Both the position numbers and the translations under genes were made by a program. The notes below the pieces were generated by a model. The model saw only the letters and a list, made by a program, of their open reading frames with translations, searched no databases and was not told the origin of the DNA. A DNA stretch of 64,000 nucleotides from an uncultured Acidobacteriota bacterium (GTDB taxonomy: Bacteria; Acidobacteriota; Thermoanaerobaculia; Gp7-AA8; CAVUJZ01), in the NCBI GenBank assembly GCA_963741905.1, contig CAVUJZ010000027.1, positions 15,769 through 79,768 of the forward strand, given 5' to 3'. Numbering within the stretch: position 1 is the stretch's first letter; every line of letters starts with the position of its first letter. Of this stretch, positions 52,618-62,082 are shown piece by piece.

Positions 52618-55506
52618 ATGACCACCATGGATATCACTTCACCGAATCCGTCTCCGCGTCCGAGACCGAAAGGCTCACAGGAGATGACGAAGACCGGCGG
52701 AATCGCCGTCGAACGATTTTTCACCAAGGCCGGTGTCGACGTCTACGACACGGTCGAGTGGGAGCTCCGCTCCGCGATCATCACCAACGAGAAGGGCGAG
52801 GTCGTCTTCGAGCAGAAGGACGTCGAGGTGCCGAAGTTCTGGTCGCAGATGGCCACGAACGTCGTTGTCTCGAAGTATTTCCGCGGGCACCTCGGGACAG
52901 CGGACCGGGAGTCGTCGGTCCGGCAGCTCGTCGGCCGGGTGGTCCGTACGATGACCGAGTGGGGCCGGACCCGAGGGTACTTCGCCTCGGTGGAGGATGG
53001 AGACACCTTCCGGGACGAGCTGACCCACATCCTTCTCTACCAGATGGCGTCATTCAACTCGCCGGTCTGGTTCAACGTCGGGATCGAGCCGCATCCTCAG
53101 TGCTCCGCCTGCTTCATCAACTCGGTCGACGACACCATGGATTCGATCCTGGGACTGGCCAAGACCGAGGGAATGCTCTTCAAGTACGGCTCCGGAACGG
53201 GATCGAATCTCTCCTCCATTCGATCCTCGCGGGAGCAGCTCGCCGGCGGCGGCACGGCCTCCGGACCGGTCTCCTTCATGAAGGGCTACGATTCGTTCGC
53301 CGGGGTGATCAAGAGCGGTGGAAAGACCCGCCGTGCCGCCAAGATGGTCATTCTGAACATCGACCATCCCGACATCCGGGACTTCATCAACTCCAAGGCG
53401 AGTGAAGAGAAGAAGGCCTGGGCCCTGATCGACGCCGGCTACAACGGTGCATTCAATGCTCCGGGCGGTGCCTACGACTCGGTGCAGTTCCAGAACGCCA
53501 ATCACTCCGTCCGCGTCACCGACGAGTTCATGCGGGCGTACGAGAAGGATGACGACTGGACCACCTGGTCGGTGACCGAGCCGAAGCGTCCGATGGACAG
53601 CATCAAGGCCAGAAAGCTGATGAGCGAGATGGCCGACTCGGCGTGGATCTGCGGCGATCCCGGAATGCAGTTCGACACCACGGTGAACGACTGGCATCCC
53701 TGCCCCAACACCAGCCGGATCAATGCCTCGAACCCCTGCTCCGAATACATGTTCCTGGACGACTCGGCGTGCAACCTCGCTTCGCTGAACCTGATGAAGT
53801 TCTACAGTGAGGACAAGGGTTTCGACGTCGAAAGCTATCGTCACGCTCTGCGGATCATCATCACCGCCCAGGAGATCGTGGTCGATGACGCCTCGTATCC
53901 GACCAGGGCGATCGAGCGCAACTCGCACGACTACCGCCCGCTCGGCATCGGCTACGCCAATCTCGGAGCGCTCCTGATGGCGCGCGGCCTTCCCTACGAT
54001 TCCGACGAGGGCCGGAGCTACGCCGCCGCGATCACCGCGGTTCTCTCGGGCGAGAGCTACCTCCAGTCGTCGAAGATCGCCGAGAAGAAGGGAACGTTCG
54101 CGGGTTACGACACGAACCGGACTCCCTTCCTGCGGGTGATCGACAAGCACCGGCGCGAGGCCTATCGGATCAACGAGAAGCATGTTCCGGACGATCTGAT
54201 GGCCGCCGCGAAATCCACCTGGGACGACGCTTACGCTCACGGTGAACAGCACGGCTACCGCAATGCGCAGATCTCGGTGCTCGCGCCGACCGGGACCATC
54301 GCCTTCATGATGGACTGCGATACCACCGGAATCGAGCCCGACATCGCCCTGGTGAAGTACAAGAAGCTGGTCGGTGGCGGAATGCTCAAGATCGTCAACC
54401 AGACCGTTCCCACCGCGCTGAAGCGGCTCGGTTACGAGCAGAAGCAGATCAACGCCATCGTCCACTACATCGACGAGAACGACACCATCGAGGGCGCTCC
54501 GCACCTGCTCGACGAGCACCTCCCGGTGTTCGATTGTGCCTTCAAGGCCGCCAACGGAACCCGCTCCATTCAATGGATGGGGCATCTGAGGATGATGGGT
54601 GCGGTCCAGCCCTTCATCTCCGGCGCGATCTCCAAGACCATCAACCTCCCGAACGAGGCGACGGTCGAGGACATCGAGAAGGCCTACTACGAAGCATGGC
54701 GGCTCGGACTCAAGGCGGTGGCGGTCTACCGCGACGGCTGCAAGCGCAGCCAGCCCCTCTCCACCAGGCGGGACGACAAAGCGGCCGGACCGCGCGCGGT
54801 GGAAGTGGTCGAGCGCCCCATGCGCCGCAAGCTTCCGGACGAGCGCCGCGCCATCACCCACAAGTTCTCCGTCGGCGGACACGAGGGCTACATCACCGTC
54901 GGCATCTACGAGGACGGCACTCCGGGTGAGATCTTCATCACCATGGCGAAAGAAGGCTCGACGATCTCCGGTCTGATGGATTCGTTCGCGCTGATGACCT
55001 CACTCTCGCTGCAGCACGGCGTTCCACTGCAGCTGCTGGTCGACAAGTTCACCCACACCCGCTTCGAGCCTTCCGGGTTCACCAAGAACCCCGAGATCCC
55101 GATGGCCAAGTCCATCATGGACTACATCTTCAAGTGGCTCGCGATCAAGTTCCTCTCCCGGGAGCGGCAGAAGGAAGCCGGTGTGATTCAGCGCGAGGAG
55201 GAGATCGATGCGAAGACCGGCGATCTCGAGACCCGTGTTGAAGAGCCTGTCCCGGCCACGGAGGTGAAGGGAAACGTGGTCGACCTGAACCGGAGTGACA
55301 AGGAGTTCATCAACGAGCTTCAGACCACTCCGAAGGCCGGGACCGGAGCAGAGAAGAAGATCGGCTTCGTCAAGGAGAACGTGCAGAAGTCGCCGTTCCT
55401 GATGCAGGCCGATGCACCGAGCTGCCACGAATGTGGCTCGATCATGATCCGCAACGGCGCCTGCTACAAATGCATGAACTGTGGTTCCACCAGCGGTTGC
55501 AGCTGA
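52618..55506 (+). CDS. nrdJ: Vitamin B12-dependent (class II) ribonucleotide reductase with TSCPD-like C-terminal domain
   Basis: FNSPVWFN, QCSACFI, GGKTRRAA, SNPCSE, ACNLAS, APTGT, C-terminal CxxC...CxxCGSTSGCS. Confidence 0.97.
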   Translation: MTTMDITSPNPSPRPRPKGSQEMTKTGGIAVERFFTKAGVDVYDTVEWELRSAIITNEKGEVVFEQKDVEVPKFWSQMATNVVVSKYFRGHLGTADRESSVRQLVGRVVRTMTEWGRTRGYFASVEDGDTFRDELTHILLYQMASFNSPVWFNVGIEPHPQCSACFINSVDDTMDSILGLAKTEGMLFKYGSGTGSNLSSIRSSREQLAGGGTASGPVSFMKGYDSFAGVIKSGGKTRRAAKMVILNIDHPDIRDFINSKASEEKKAWALIDAGYNGAFNAPGGAYDSVQFQNANHSVRVTDEFMRAYEKDDDWTTWSVTEPKRPMDSIKARKLMSEMADSAWICGDPGMQFDTTVNDWHPCPNTSRINASNPCSEYMFLDDSACNLASLNLMKFYSEDKGFDVESYRHALRIIITAQEIVVDDASYPTRAIERNSHDYRPLGIGYANLGALLMARGLPYDSDEGRSYAAAITAVLSGESYLQSSKIAEKKGTFAGYDTNRTPFLRVIDKHRREAYRINEKHVPDDLMAAAKSTWDDAYAHGEQHGYRNAQISVLAPTGTIAFMMDCDTTGIEPDIALVKYKKLVGGGMLKIVNQTVPTALKRLGYEQKQINAIVHYIDENDTIEGAPHLLDEHLPVFDCAFKAANGTRSIQWMGHLRMMGAVQPFISGAISKTINLPNEATVEDIEKAYYEAWRLGLKAVAVYRDGCKRSQPLSTRRDDKAAGPRAVEVVERPMRRKLPDERRAITHKFSVGGHEGYITVGIYEDGTPGEIFITMAKEGSTISGLMDSFALMTSLSLQHGVPLQLLVDKFTHTRFEPSGFTKNPEIPMAKSIMDYIFKWLAIKFLSRERQKEAGVIQREEEIDAKTGDLETRVEEPVPATEVKGNVVDLNRSDKEFINELQTTPKAGTGAEKKIGFVKENVQKSPFLMQADAPSCHECGSIMIRNGACYKCMNCGSTSGCS

Positions 55507-55535
55507 TCGTCCAACGGTCAGAGGGGAAGGAACCG

Positions 55536-55562
55536 GGCGGCCCACACGGGCCGCCTTTTTTT
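55536..55562 (+). terminator. Intrinsic terminator after nrdJ
   Basis: GGCGGCCC-ACAC-GGGCCGCC-T7. Confidence 0.85.
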
Positions 55563-55576
55563 GTATCATCGAGCGC

Positions 55577-56251
55577 ATGCTTCGTGGCTGCCGCCGTCTC
55601 GTGTTCCTGATCGTCCTTCTCCTTCTTCTCGCCGCCGCCGGACTGGTCACCATCGGGATCGGCTGGTGGCGCGCCCGCGGCCTGGTGGACGCGGAAATGG
55701 CGAAGGTCGACGGCATCCTGCGTCCCTCCGAACTTCCACCGGGCTATGTCGACATGCTTCTCCGCGTGGAGGATCCGAGTTTCTACGAGCACCGCGGGAT
55801 CGATCTGAGAACGCCCGGCGCGGGAATGACCACCATCCCGCAGGGGGAAGCGAAGTTCCTCTACTTCGATCACTTCCAGCCGGGCATCCAGAAGATTCCC
55901 CAGTCGCTCTACGCGATCGGTCTCGATCTCCGGATCTCGAAGAGCGAGATTCTGACTCTGTTCCTCAACCGGGCGTACATGGGGACAATCGACGGACGGC
56001 ACATCCGCGGGTTCGAGGAGGCGGCCGAAGCCTATTTCGGCAAGCGGGCGCCGCAGCTCGATCGCGAACAGTGGCTCGCCCTCGTCGCCATGCCTCTCGG
56101 GCCGGACCACTACAACGTGGCGAAACACCCGGAGAACAACCGTGAGCGGGTCGTCCGGATCGAGCATCTCCTCGCCGGCGATTGCGCACCTGCAAGCTGG
56201 CTCGACGTGGAGTACCGCAAGTGCGGAGCGCCATCGAATCCTCCGAAGTGA
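55577..56251 (+). CDS. Monofunctional peptidoglycan transglycosylase-like protein (GT51)
   Basis: VEDPSFYEHRGID, GMTTIPQ, SKSEILTLFLN, GFEEAAEAYFG. Confidence 0.85.
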   Translation: MLRGCRRLVFLIVLLLLLAAAGLVTIGIGWWRARGLVDAEMAKVDGILRPSELPPGYVDMLLRVEDPSFYEHRGIDLRTPGAGMTTIPQGEAKFLYFDHFQPGIQKIPQSLYAIGLDLRISKSEILTLFLNRAYMGTIDGRHIRGFEEAAEAYFGKRAPQLDREQWLALVAMPLGPDHYNVAKHPENNRERVVRIEHLLAGDCAPASWLDVEYRKCGAPSNPPK

Positions 56252-56346
56252 TGCGGGTGCCTTTGGATGGCGGGCGTCATGCGAGGGATTCGGTCGTCTG
56301 GTCGATCGAAGCGGCAGCGTCTCTTTCTCGACGAGCAGAGGGTCAG

Positions 56347-56405
56347 TGTCATGTCAGCGGGTGGGCCGGGTGGGCATGCGAGACATCTCCCGCAATGCGA
56401 GAAGG
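56347..56405 (-). repeat. Partial inverted copy of an arm of the 270-bp array
   Basis: TGTCATGTCAGCGGGTGGGCCGGGTGGGCATGCGAGACATCTC matches the reverse complement of the array arm. Confidence 0.7.
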
Positions 56406-56499
56406 CAGGTTCAGGCGAAGAGCGTGGAGCGCACGAGTCCTTCTGCAGCGCCATCGTTTCGCATGATGAGAGGTCCGGCTCGATCGGCCAGGGCGGGGT

Positions 56500-56942
56500 T
56501 CAGAGCTCGACGAAGGTGATTCCCGGATTCGCTCGATCGGTCCGGAGTGACTCGCGAAGCGGCGGGAAGCCTCGAAGGAGCTGGCGCCCGCGATTGGTGT
56601 CTTCGGAGTAATCGTCCCCGGGAAGGAATCCCGAGATGCGGTGGGTGCGAAGTTGCGCGGCGAGATGTTCGCGGACCGCAGCGCGGATCGCGCCACCCGC
56701 ACCGGAGGAGCCCCAGCCGTGAATCAGGCGAAGCAGTCGGGACCCATGCATCCGCGCGGCCGCGATCTCCCGATCGAGAATCGCGAGTGCCTCTTCGACG
56801 GACGGCCTGCCCCGCTCGAGATTGATCGTCCGGATCGCTGCGCGGAACGGCGCCGGCGGCCGGGAGCGCCGACGTTCATCGCGCCACAGAACGGACAGCT
56901 CCCTCCGGAGATCTCGTTGCCGCACGTGCCACAGAGAGGCAT
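56500..56942 (-). CDS. Smr-domain protein with N-terminal zinc ribbon, frameshift near 56860
   Basis: CGTC/CPFC N-terminus in one frame; INLERGRPSV, LIHGWGSSG, NPGITFVEL in another. Confidence 0.75.
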
Positions 56943-57099
56943 GATCCTGGTAACGTCGTCCCGGGGGATCAGCGTTCCCGCGGGCAGCGAACTCAGTGAC
57001 GGGGAAGGGTGCGATCCGGCCTGCGCCGCGATGACTCAGCGATCCGACGGGATGGTGCGAGAGATTGCGCCTGGTGAAGAAAGGACCGTACTCACGACA

Positions 57100-58764
57100 C
57101 TAGTGTTCGACCCGGAGAAGGGGTTCGATCTCTTTCGCGCTGAGAGGGCGGCCGAAGAAGAAGCCCTGCATGTGATGGCAGTTCCGGGCGCGGAGGAAGC
57201 TGATCTGCTCCCGGGTCTCCACCCCTTCGGCGACGAGCGTCTTGCCCATCCCGAGACCCATGGTGATGATCGCTTCGACCATGGACGCATCCTCATGCCG
57301 CCGGTTGATGTTCTGGATGAACGAAGAGTCGATCTTGATCTTGTCGATGGGCAGGTGCCGGAGCTCGGCGAGGGAGCTGCGCCCCGTCCCGAAATCGTCG
57401 AGGGCGATGCCGGCCCCGATCGACTTCAGCTCGGTCAGGGTGATCAGGGTCTGCTCCATCGAGACGACCCCCGGTTCCCGAACTTCGAACTCGAATCGGG
57501 AGGGGCTGAGATCGGATTCCTCGATCAGGTCCATCACCCGCCGGAGCAGGTCGGGCTCGAGCAACTGCCGTTCACTGAGATTGATCGCCACATGCGGCGG
57601 CGCAATCCCGGCGTGGTCCCACAGCCGCGTCTGGCGGCAGACCTCGCGGAGGACGAAGTCGCCGATGGGGCCCATCAGATGGGCTTGCTCCGCGGCGGTG
57701 AGAAACGCCGCCGGCTCCAGAATTCCGGCGCTCGGATGGTGCCACCGCAGCAGGGCCTCGACCGCCATGATCGTGCCTGTCTGCAGATCCACCTGCGGCT
57801 GAAAGTGAACGGCGAACTCTCCGTTGTCGAAACCGCGCCGGACACTTTCCATCAGGACCAGCCGCTCCGCCGCGCGAGCCTGGAGCATCGGCTGATACAG
57901 CTGACAACCGTTCCGTCCCCGCTCCTTCGCCCGGTACATCGCTTCCGATGCATGACGCAGAAGCGTTTCTCCGTCGCGTCCGTCGGTGGGATGAACCGCA
58001 ATCCCGATGCTCGCCGTCAGACTCACTTCCCGCTCGTTGAGCAGAATGGGCCTGGAGAGGATCTCCAGGACCCGTTGTGCAATCATCACCACATTCTCAT
58101 CCTCGCCGTAGTCGGCGAGGAGCATGCTGAATTCGTCGCTCGCATAGCGGGCCACACTGTCTTCTGCCCGCAGACTCTCGTGGAGTCGCTGGGCCACTTC
58201 CCGGAGAAGACGATCGGCAAATCCCTGGCCGAAGCTCCGGTTGACCATGTCGAACCGGTCCAGGTCCACGTAGAGGACCGCGAGTTTCGTCCGTCGCCGT
58301 CGTGCCCGCGCCAGCGCGACATCCAGCCGGTCGTTGAACAGCACCTCGTTGGGCAGACCGGTGATCGGATCGTGCTGTGTCTGATGTTCGAAGCGCTCCG
58401 CTGCCTCCCGCTGGTCGGTGATGTCGGTCAGGAGTCCTTCCACCATTGCGGGACCCTCCTCGGATGCCTGTTGAAGAGTGAGACTTTGAAGGACCCAGAC
58501 GGGACTGGCGTTCTTTCTCCGAAGACTGACCTCGAGATTCGACAGGGTCCCGAGATCCTGCAGTGCGGTCATGATCATCACCCGGTCGGATTCATGGGTG
58601 TAGCGGATCATCCCCTCATCCAGAATCTCGTCAGGAGATTCGTACCCCAGAATCCGGGCGCACGAGTGGTTGCAGCCGATCAGCCCTCCGTCGAGGGTCT
58701 GACGAAAGATCCCGGTTCGGGTCCGTTCCAGGAGTACGTTGCAGTCCAGATCAATGGCGGTCAT
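57100..58764 (-). CDS. PAS-GGDEF(degenerate ASDEF)-EAL protein, likely a phosphodiesterase
   Basis: HDPITGLPN, RYASDEF, VEALLRW, LDDFGTG, KIDSSF, AEGVE, MQGFFF. Confidence 0.92.
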   Translation of the reverse strand: MTAIDLDCNVLLERTRTGIFRQTLDGGLIGCNHSCARILGYESPDEILDEGMIRYTHESDRVMIMTALQDLGTLSNLEVSLRRKNASPVWVLQSLTLQQASEEGPAMVEGLLTDITDQREAAERFEHQTQHDPITGLPNEVLFNDRLDVALARARRRRTKLAVLYVDLDRFDMVNRSFGQGFADRLLREVAQRLHESLRAEDSVARYASDEFSMLLADYGEDENVVMIAQRVLEILSRPILLNEREVSLTASIGIAVHPTDGRDGETLLRHASEAMYRAKERGRNGCQLYQPMLQARAAERLVLMESVRRGFDNGEFAVHFQPQVDLQTGTIMAVEALLRWHHPSAGILEPAAFLTAAEQAHLMGPIGDFVLREVCRQTRLWDHAGIAPPHVAINLSERQLLEPDLLRRVMDLIEESDLSPSRFEFEVREPGVVSMEQTLITLTELKSIGAGIALDDFGTGRSSLAELRHLPIDKIKIDSSFIQNINRRHEDASMVEAIITMGLGMGKTLVAEGVETREQISFLRARNCHHMQGFFFGRPLSAKEIEPLLRVEH

Positions 58765-58843
58765 GACATTCCGCCTCGAACGACTTCCGGGGGGAAGGCG
58801 CGAGCTCCTTAGTCACCAGTTCCGAAGTATATGTCCCGGCGGA

Positions 58844-58875
58844 GGCGCCCCCCCTATCCAAAGATAGGGGGCGCC
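58844..58875. promoter_or_regulatory. Inverted repeat between the response regulator and the EAL gene (operator or hairpin)
   Basis: GGCGCCCCCCCTATC-CAAA-GATAGGGGGCGCC. Confidence 0.4.
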
Positions 58876-58880
58876 GGAAG

Positions 58881-59522
58881 TTACTCCAGGCCACGGTCCC
58901 AGGCGTACCGGGTCAGCTCGACCCGCCCGTGGACATCGAGTTTCTCGTAGATGACGTGCAGATAGGATTTCACCGTCCCCACGGTAATCGAGAGCTCGGC
59001 GGCGATCTCCCGGTTCCGCAGGCCCCGCGCCACCATCCGCACCACGTCGATCTCGCGGGGGGAGAGAATCTGCTCCACCTCCCGAAGGGCCATGGCGGCC
59101 TGGCTGCGCGACTTCTTCGCCCGCTCGACCAGCCGGGGGTCGAGAGAGTGCTCGCCGTGAACCACACAGAGCACGGCGTCCATCAACTGAACCGAGGCGG
59201 CTTCCTTCAGGATGATTCCCCAGACGCCGAGTCGAATCGCCTCGAGCACTTCGTCGTCTTCCAGGCTCGCGGTCAGCAGCACCACGCGGGTCCGGATGTC
59301 CTGCTCATGCAGTTCCCGGAGGACCTCGATTCCGTCCCGCCGGGGCATTCGGACATCCAGGACCAGAATGTCCGGAACCAGCCGGATCGCCGATTCGAGC
59401 GTCTCCTCGCCGTTTGTCGAGGTGGCGACCACCTGGAAGCGGGGATCCCGTTGAAACAGTTGCTCCAGACCCTCGAGGATCATTCGATGATCATCAGCGA
59501 TTGCGATCCGGATCGGATTCAC
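58881..59522 (-). CDS. NarL/LuxR-family response regulator
   Basis: IADDH, LDVRMP, LSPREIDV, GLRNREIA; GTGA overlap with the kinase stop. Confidence 0.92.
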   Translation of the reverse strand: MNPIRIAIADDHRMILEGLEQLFQRDPRFQVVATSTNGEETLESAIRLVPDILVLDVRMPRRDGIEVLRELHEQDIRTRVVLLTASLEDDEVLEAIRLGVWGIILKEAASVQLMDAVLCVVHGEHSLDPRLVERAKKSRSQAAMALREVEQILSPREIDVVRMVARGLRNREIAAELSITVGTVKSYLHVIYEKLDVHGRVELTRYAWDRGLE

Positions 59523-60673
59523 CGCGGGCTCCATCCCATCGGGATGCTGACCTCGATGCTGGAGCCCTCCTCGGAGGAATCGATGGTCATCTCCCCATTC
59601 AACTGGGTCACCCGTTCGGACAGACTCGAGGGGGCCAGCCCACGCTCGTTGAGCTCGCGGAGATGCATTCGGCCGTGGAAGGGAAAGCCCCGGCCGTGGT
59701 CGGTAATCTTGATTTCCAGCCGATCGCCGATGGTGGCCATCCGCGCGTGGATCGTCTTCGCATCTCCATGCCGGACGGCGTTGGTCATCGCCTCGAGGAT
59801 GATCTGGTGGGTTTCCCAGCCGATCAGGCGGGAGACCAGCGGGTTGAGGTCGAACGTGTCGAAGGAAACCTCCACACCCCACTGGCGGTGGAACTTCTGC
59901 ACCAGCTCTTCGAGTCTGCGGTGGAAGTCGAAGGCGATTTCCCGCTCCCGCCGCTTTGGCCTGAGTCTCTCCAGATACGCCCGGAGGTCTCGCTGCTCAT
60001 TCATCAGCGCCGCCTGCGATTGAGTGATCAGCTCCCTGGCACGATCCGGGTTCTCCGCGACGATCTGGTGAGCCGTCTCCAGTTGGAGCACAATCCCGGT
60101 GAATGACTGCAGTAGTCCGTCGTGAAGATCCCGCGCAATCCGGTTGAGCTCCGCGCTGAGCTCGCCGGTACGCCTCCGCTGATTCGCGACCACCGCCCCG
60201 AACCGCGCCACGATCACCGGAACCATCGAGGCCGCCAGAGCCGCCGCCCCGTCGCTGGAGATGCCGGGCAACAGGACCTGTCCTCGGACCGTGTCGGAGC
60301 GGAAAGGAATGATCAGACCTCGCTCATCGGTCACCCGCGCGCGGATCCCGGAGCTCAGATCGAGCAGGCTCTTCCAGCGGAACACCGATTTCCCCTCGCC
60401 CGAGCGGGTCTCCGGATCCGGCTGGGAGATCCTCTCGGAGAGGGTCCTCTCGGCCGTTCGAATGAAGATCTGCAGCCAGGGCTCCTCCTCGTCTTCCAGG
60501 GTCAGGAGCAAATGATCCGCACCGAGCAACCTGCCGGTCTGCTCGAGGACCTCGTCGGCCCACGTCGCGATGTCTCCAGGTAGCGGGCGCCCCGCCCACT
60601 CCAGCAGGCCGGCCATCACAAGCTGCTCATCGACGGCAGACTCCGACTGGTGTGATTTCTCTTCGTTGCTCAT
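59519..60673 (-). CDS. Cytoplasmic sensor histidine kinase (HisKA_3)
   Basis: RIARDLHDGLLQ, EAMTNAVRHG, DHGRGF. Confidence 0.88.
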   Translation of the reverse strand: MSNEEKSHQSESAVDEQLVMAGLLEWAGRPLPGDIATWADEVLEQTGRLLGADHLLLTLEDEEEPWLQIFIRTAERTLSERISQPDPETRSGEGKSVFRWKSLLDLSSGIRARVTDERGLIIPFRSDTVRGQVLLPGISSDGAAALAASMVPVIVARFGAVVANQRRRTGELSAELNRIARDLHDGLLQSFTGIVLQLETAHQIVAENPDRARELITQSQAALMNEQRDLRAYLERLRPKRREREIAFDFHRRLEELVQKFHRQWGVEVSFDTFDLNPLVSRLIGWETHQIILEAMTNAVRHGDAKTIHARMATIGDRLEIKITDHGRGFPFHGRMHLRELNERGLAPSSLSERVTQLNGEMTIDSSEEGSSIEVSIPMGWSPR

Positions 60674-60781
60674 TCCTGGGCAATGGTATGCCCTCCCCGC
60701 CTTTTGCGGAATCCCGGAGCCCATCGCAGCTCGAACCGCGAAGTGGGCGGAGGGGGCCGGAACAGACAGAGCTTGTCCACT

Positions 60782-61830
60782 GGGGCGAAGTGGGCGGACT
60801 TTGTCTCGGATGCCGCGATGTGGGTGGTACTGGCGAGGTGGGTCGTGCATCCGGGACAAGTTCGGCGTGCGCAGAGTTTCCCCACTGGGGCAAGTGGGCG
60901 GACTTTGTCTCGGATGCCGCGATGTGGACGGTACTGGGGAGGCGGGTGGTGCATCCGGGACAAGTTCGGCATGCGCAGAGGTTGGCTCACGCGCAGTCGA
61001 GGAGCCAGGGGAGGCGCGAGATTGCGACGCGGCGCTCCGAGGGTCGGATGTCGCGGGTGTCGGCTGCCGGGAGCCGAACTTGTCCGTCCCGGCCACGACC
61101 GGCGCGTCGAGGAGCATCCGGGGCGCGGGCCGGTTCGCCCACAAGGGGGGCCGGAACGGACTGGGGCAAGTGGGCGGACTTTGTCTCGGATGCCGCGATG
61201 TGGGTGGTACTGGGGAGGCGGGTGGTGCATCCGGGACAAGTTCGGCATGCGCAGAGGCTGGCTCACGCGCAGTCGAGGAGCCAGGCGAGGGGCGAGATTG
61301 CGACGCGGCGCTCCGAGGGTCGGATGTTGCGGGTGTCGCCTGCCTGGAGCCGAACTTGTCCGTCCCGGCCACGACCGGCCAGTCAAGGAGCACCCGCGCC
61401 GCGGGCCGGAACGGACAAAGTCCGCCCACAAGGGGGGCCGGAACGGACTGGGACAAGTGGGCGGACTTTGTCTCGGATGCCGCGATGTGGACGGTACTGG
61501 CGAGGCGGGTGGTGCATCCGGGACAAGTTCGGCATGCGCAAAGGATGGGTCTCGCGCAGTCGAGGAATCGAGGCGGAGAGAGGTGGGTCGCAGAGTCGAC
61601 CGCGCTCCGAGGGTCGGGATGTTTCGCGGAGCGTGCATCTGCCGGGAGCCGAACTTGTCTGTTCCGGCCAGGACCGGTCAGGCGAGGAGCACCCGAGCCG
61701 CGCGCCGGAACAGACAAAGTCCGCCCACATGGGCCGGACGACTGGACAAGTGGGCGGACTTTGTCTCGGATGCCGCGATGTGGGTGGTACTGGGGAGGCG
61801 GGGGGTGCATCCGGGACAAGTTCGGCGTGG
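60782..61830. repeat. Palindromic REP/REPIN-like tandem array (~280-290-bp units plus partial units)
   Basis: GTGGGCGGACTTTGTCTCGGATGCC at 60790, 60894, 61170, 61457, 61750; inverted partners GCATCCGGGACAAG and GACAAAGTCCGCCCAC; a variant copy at 63978. Confidence 0.92.
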
Positions 61831-62082
61831 CGAAAAAGGATGGGTCTTGACGCTGCCGAGGATCGAAGGGGGAACGGTGGGGAGTCGATGGTGAATCGAC
61901 CGCGCCGCGGTTGGGTCTCGGGAGTAGAGGGATCCAGGCCGGAATCATCCCGCCGTCGGCACGCCGCGCGCTTCGCGCTTGCCGCGCGGGAGGTTTGTCG
62001 AGGTTTCATGGGCTGCGCAGGAATCCCTTTTCTCCTGGGTTGGAACCGCGGCGCGGGAGCGGGCGTGGGAACGCCCGCTCCA

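Noticed and set aside
53050-58812. Long antisense ORFs (e.g. 53050..54882, 56641..58812; also 9074..11032 and 14591..16327)
   Set aside because: Shadow ORFs typical of high-GC coding sequence, opposite well-supported genes.
60674-61948. N-terminal extension of the histidine kinase ORF to 809 aa
   Set aside because: It runs through the palindromic repeat array; a plausible start lies at 60673.
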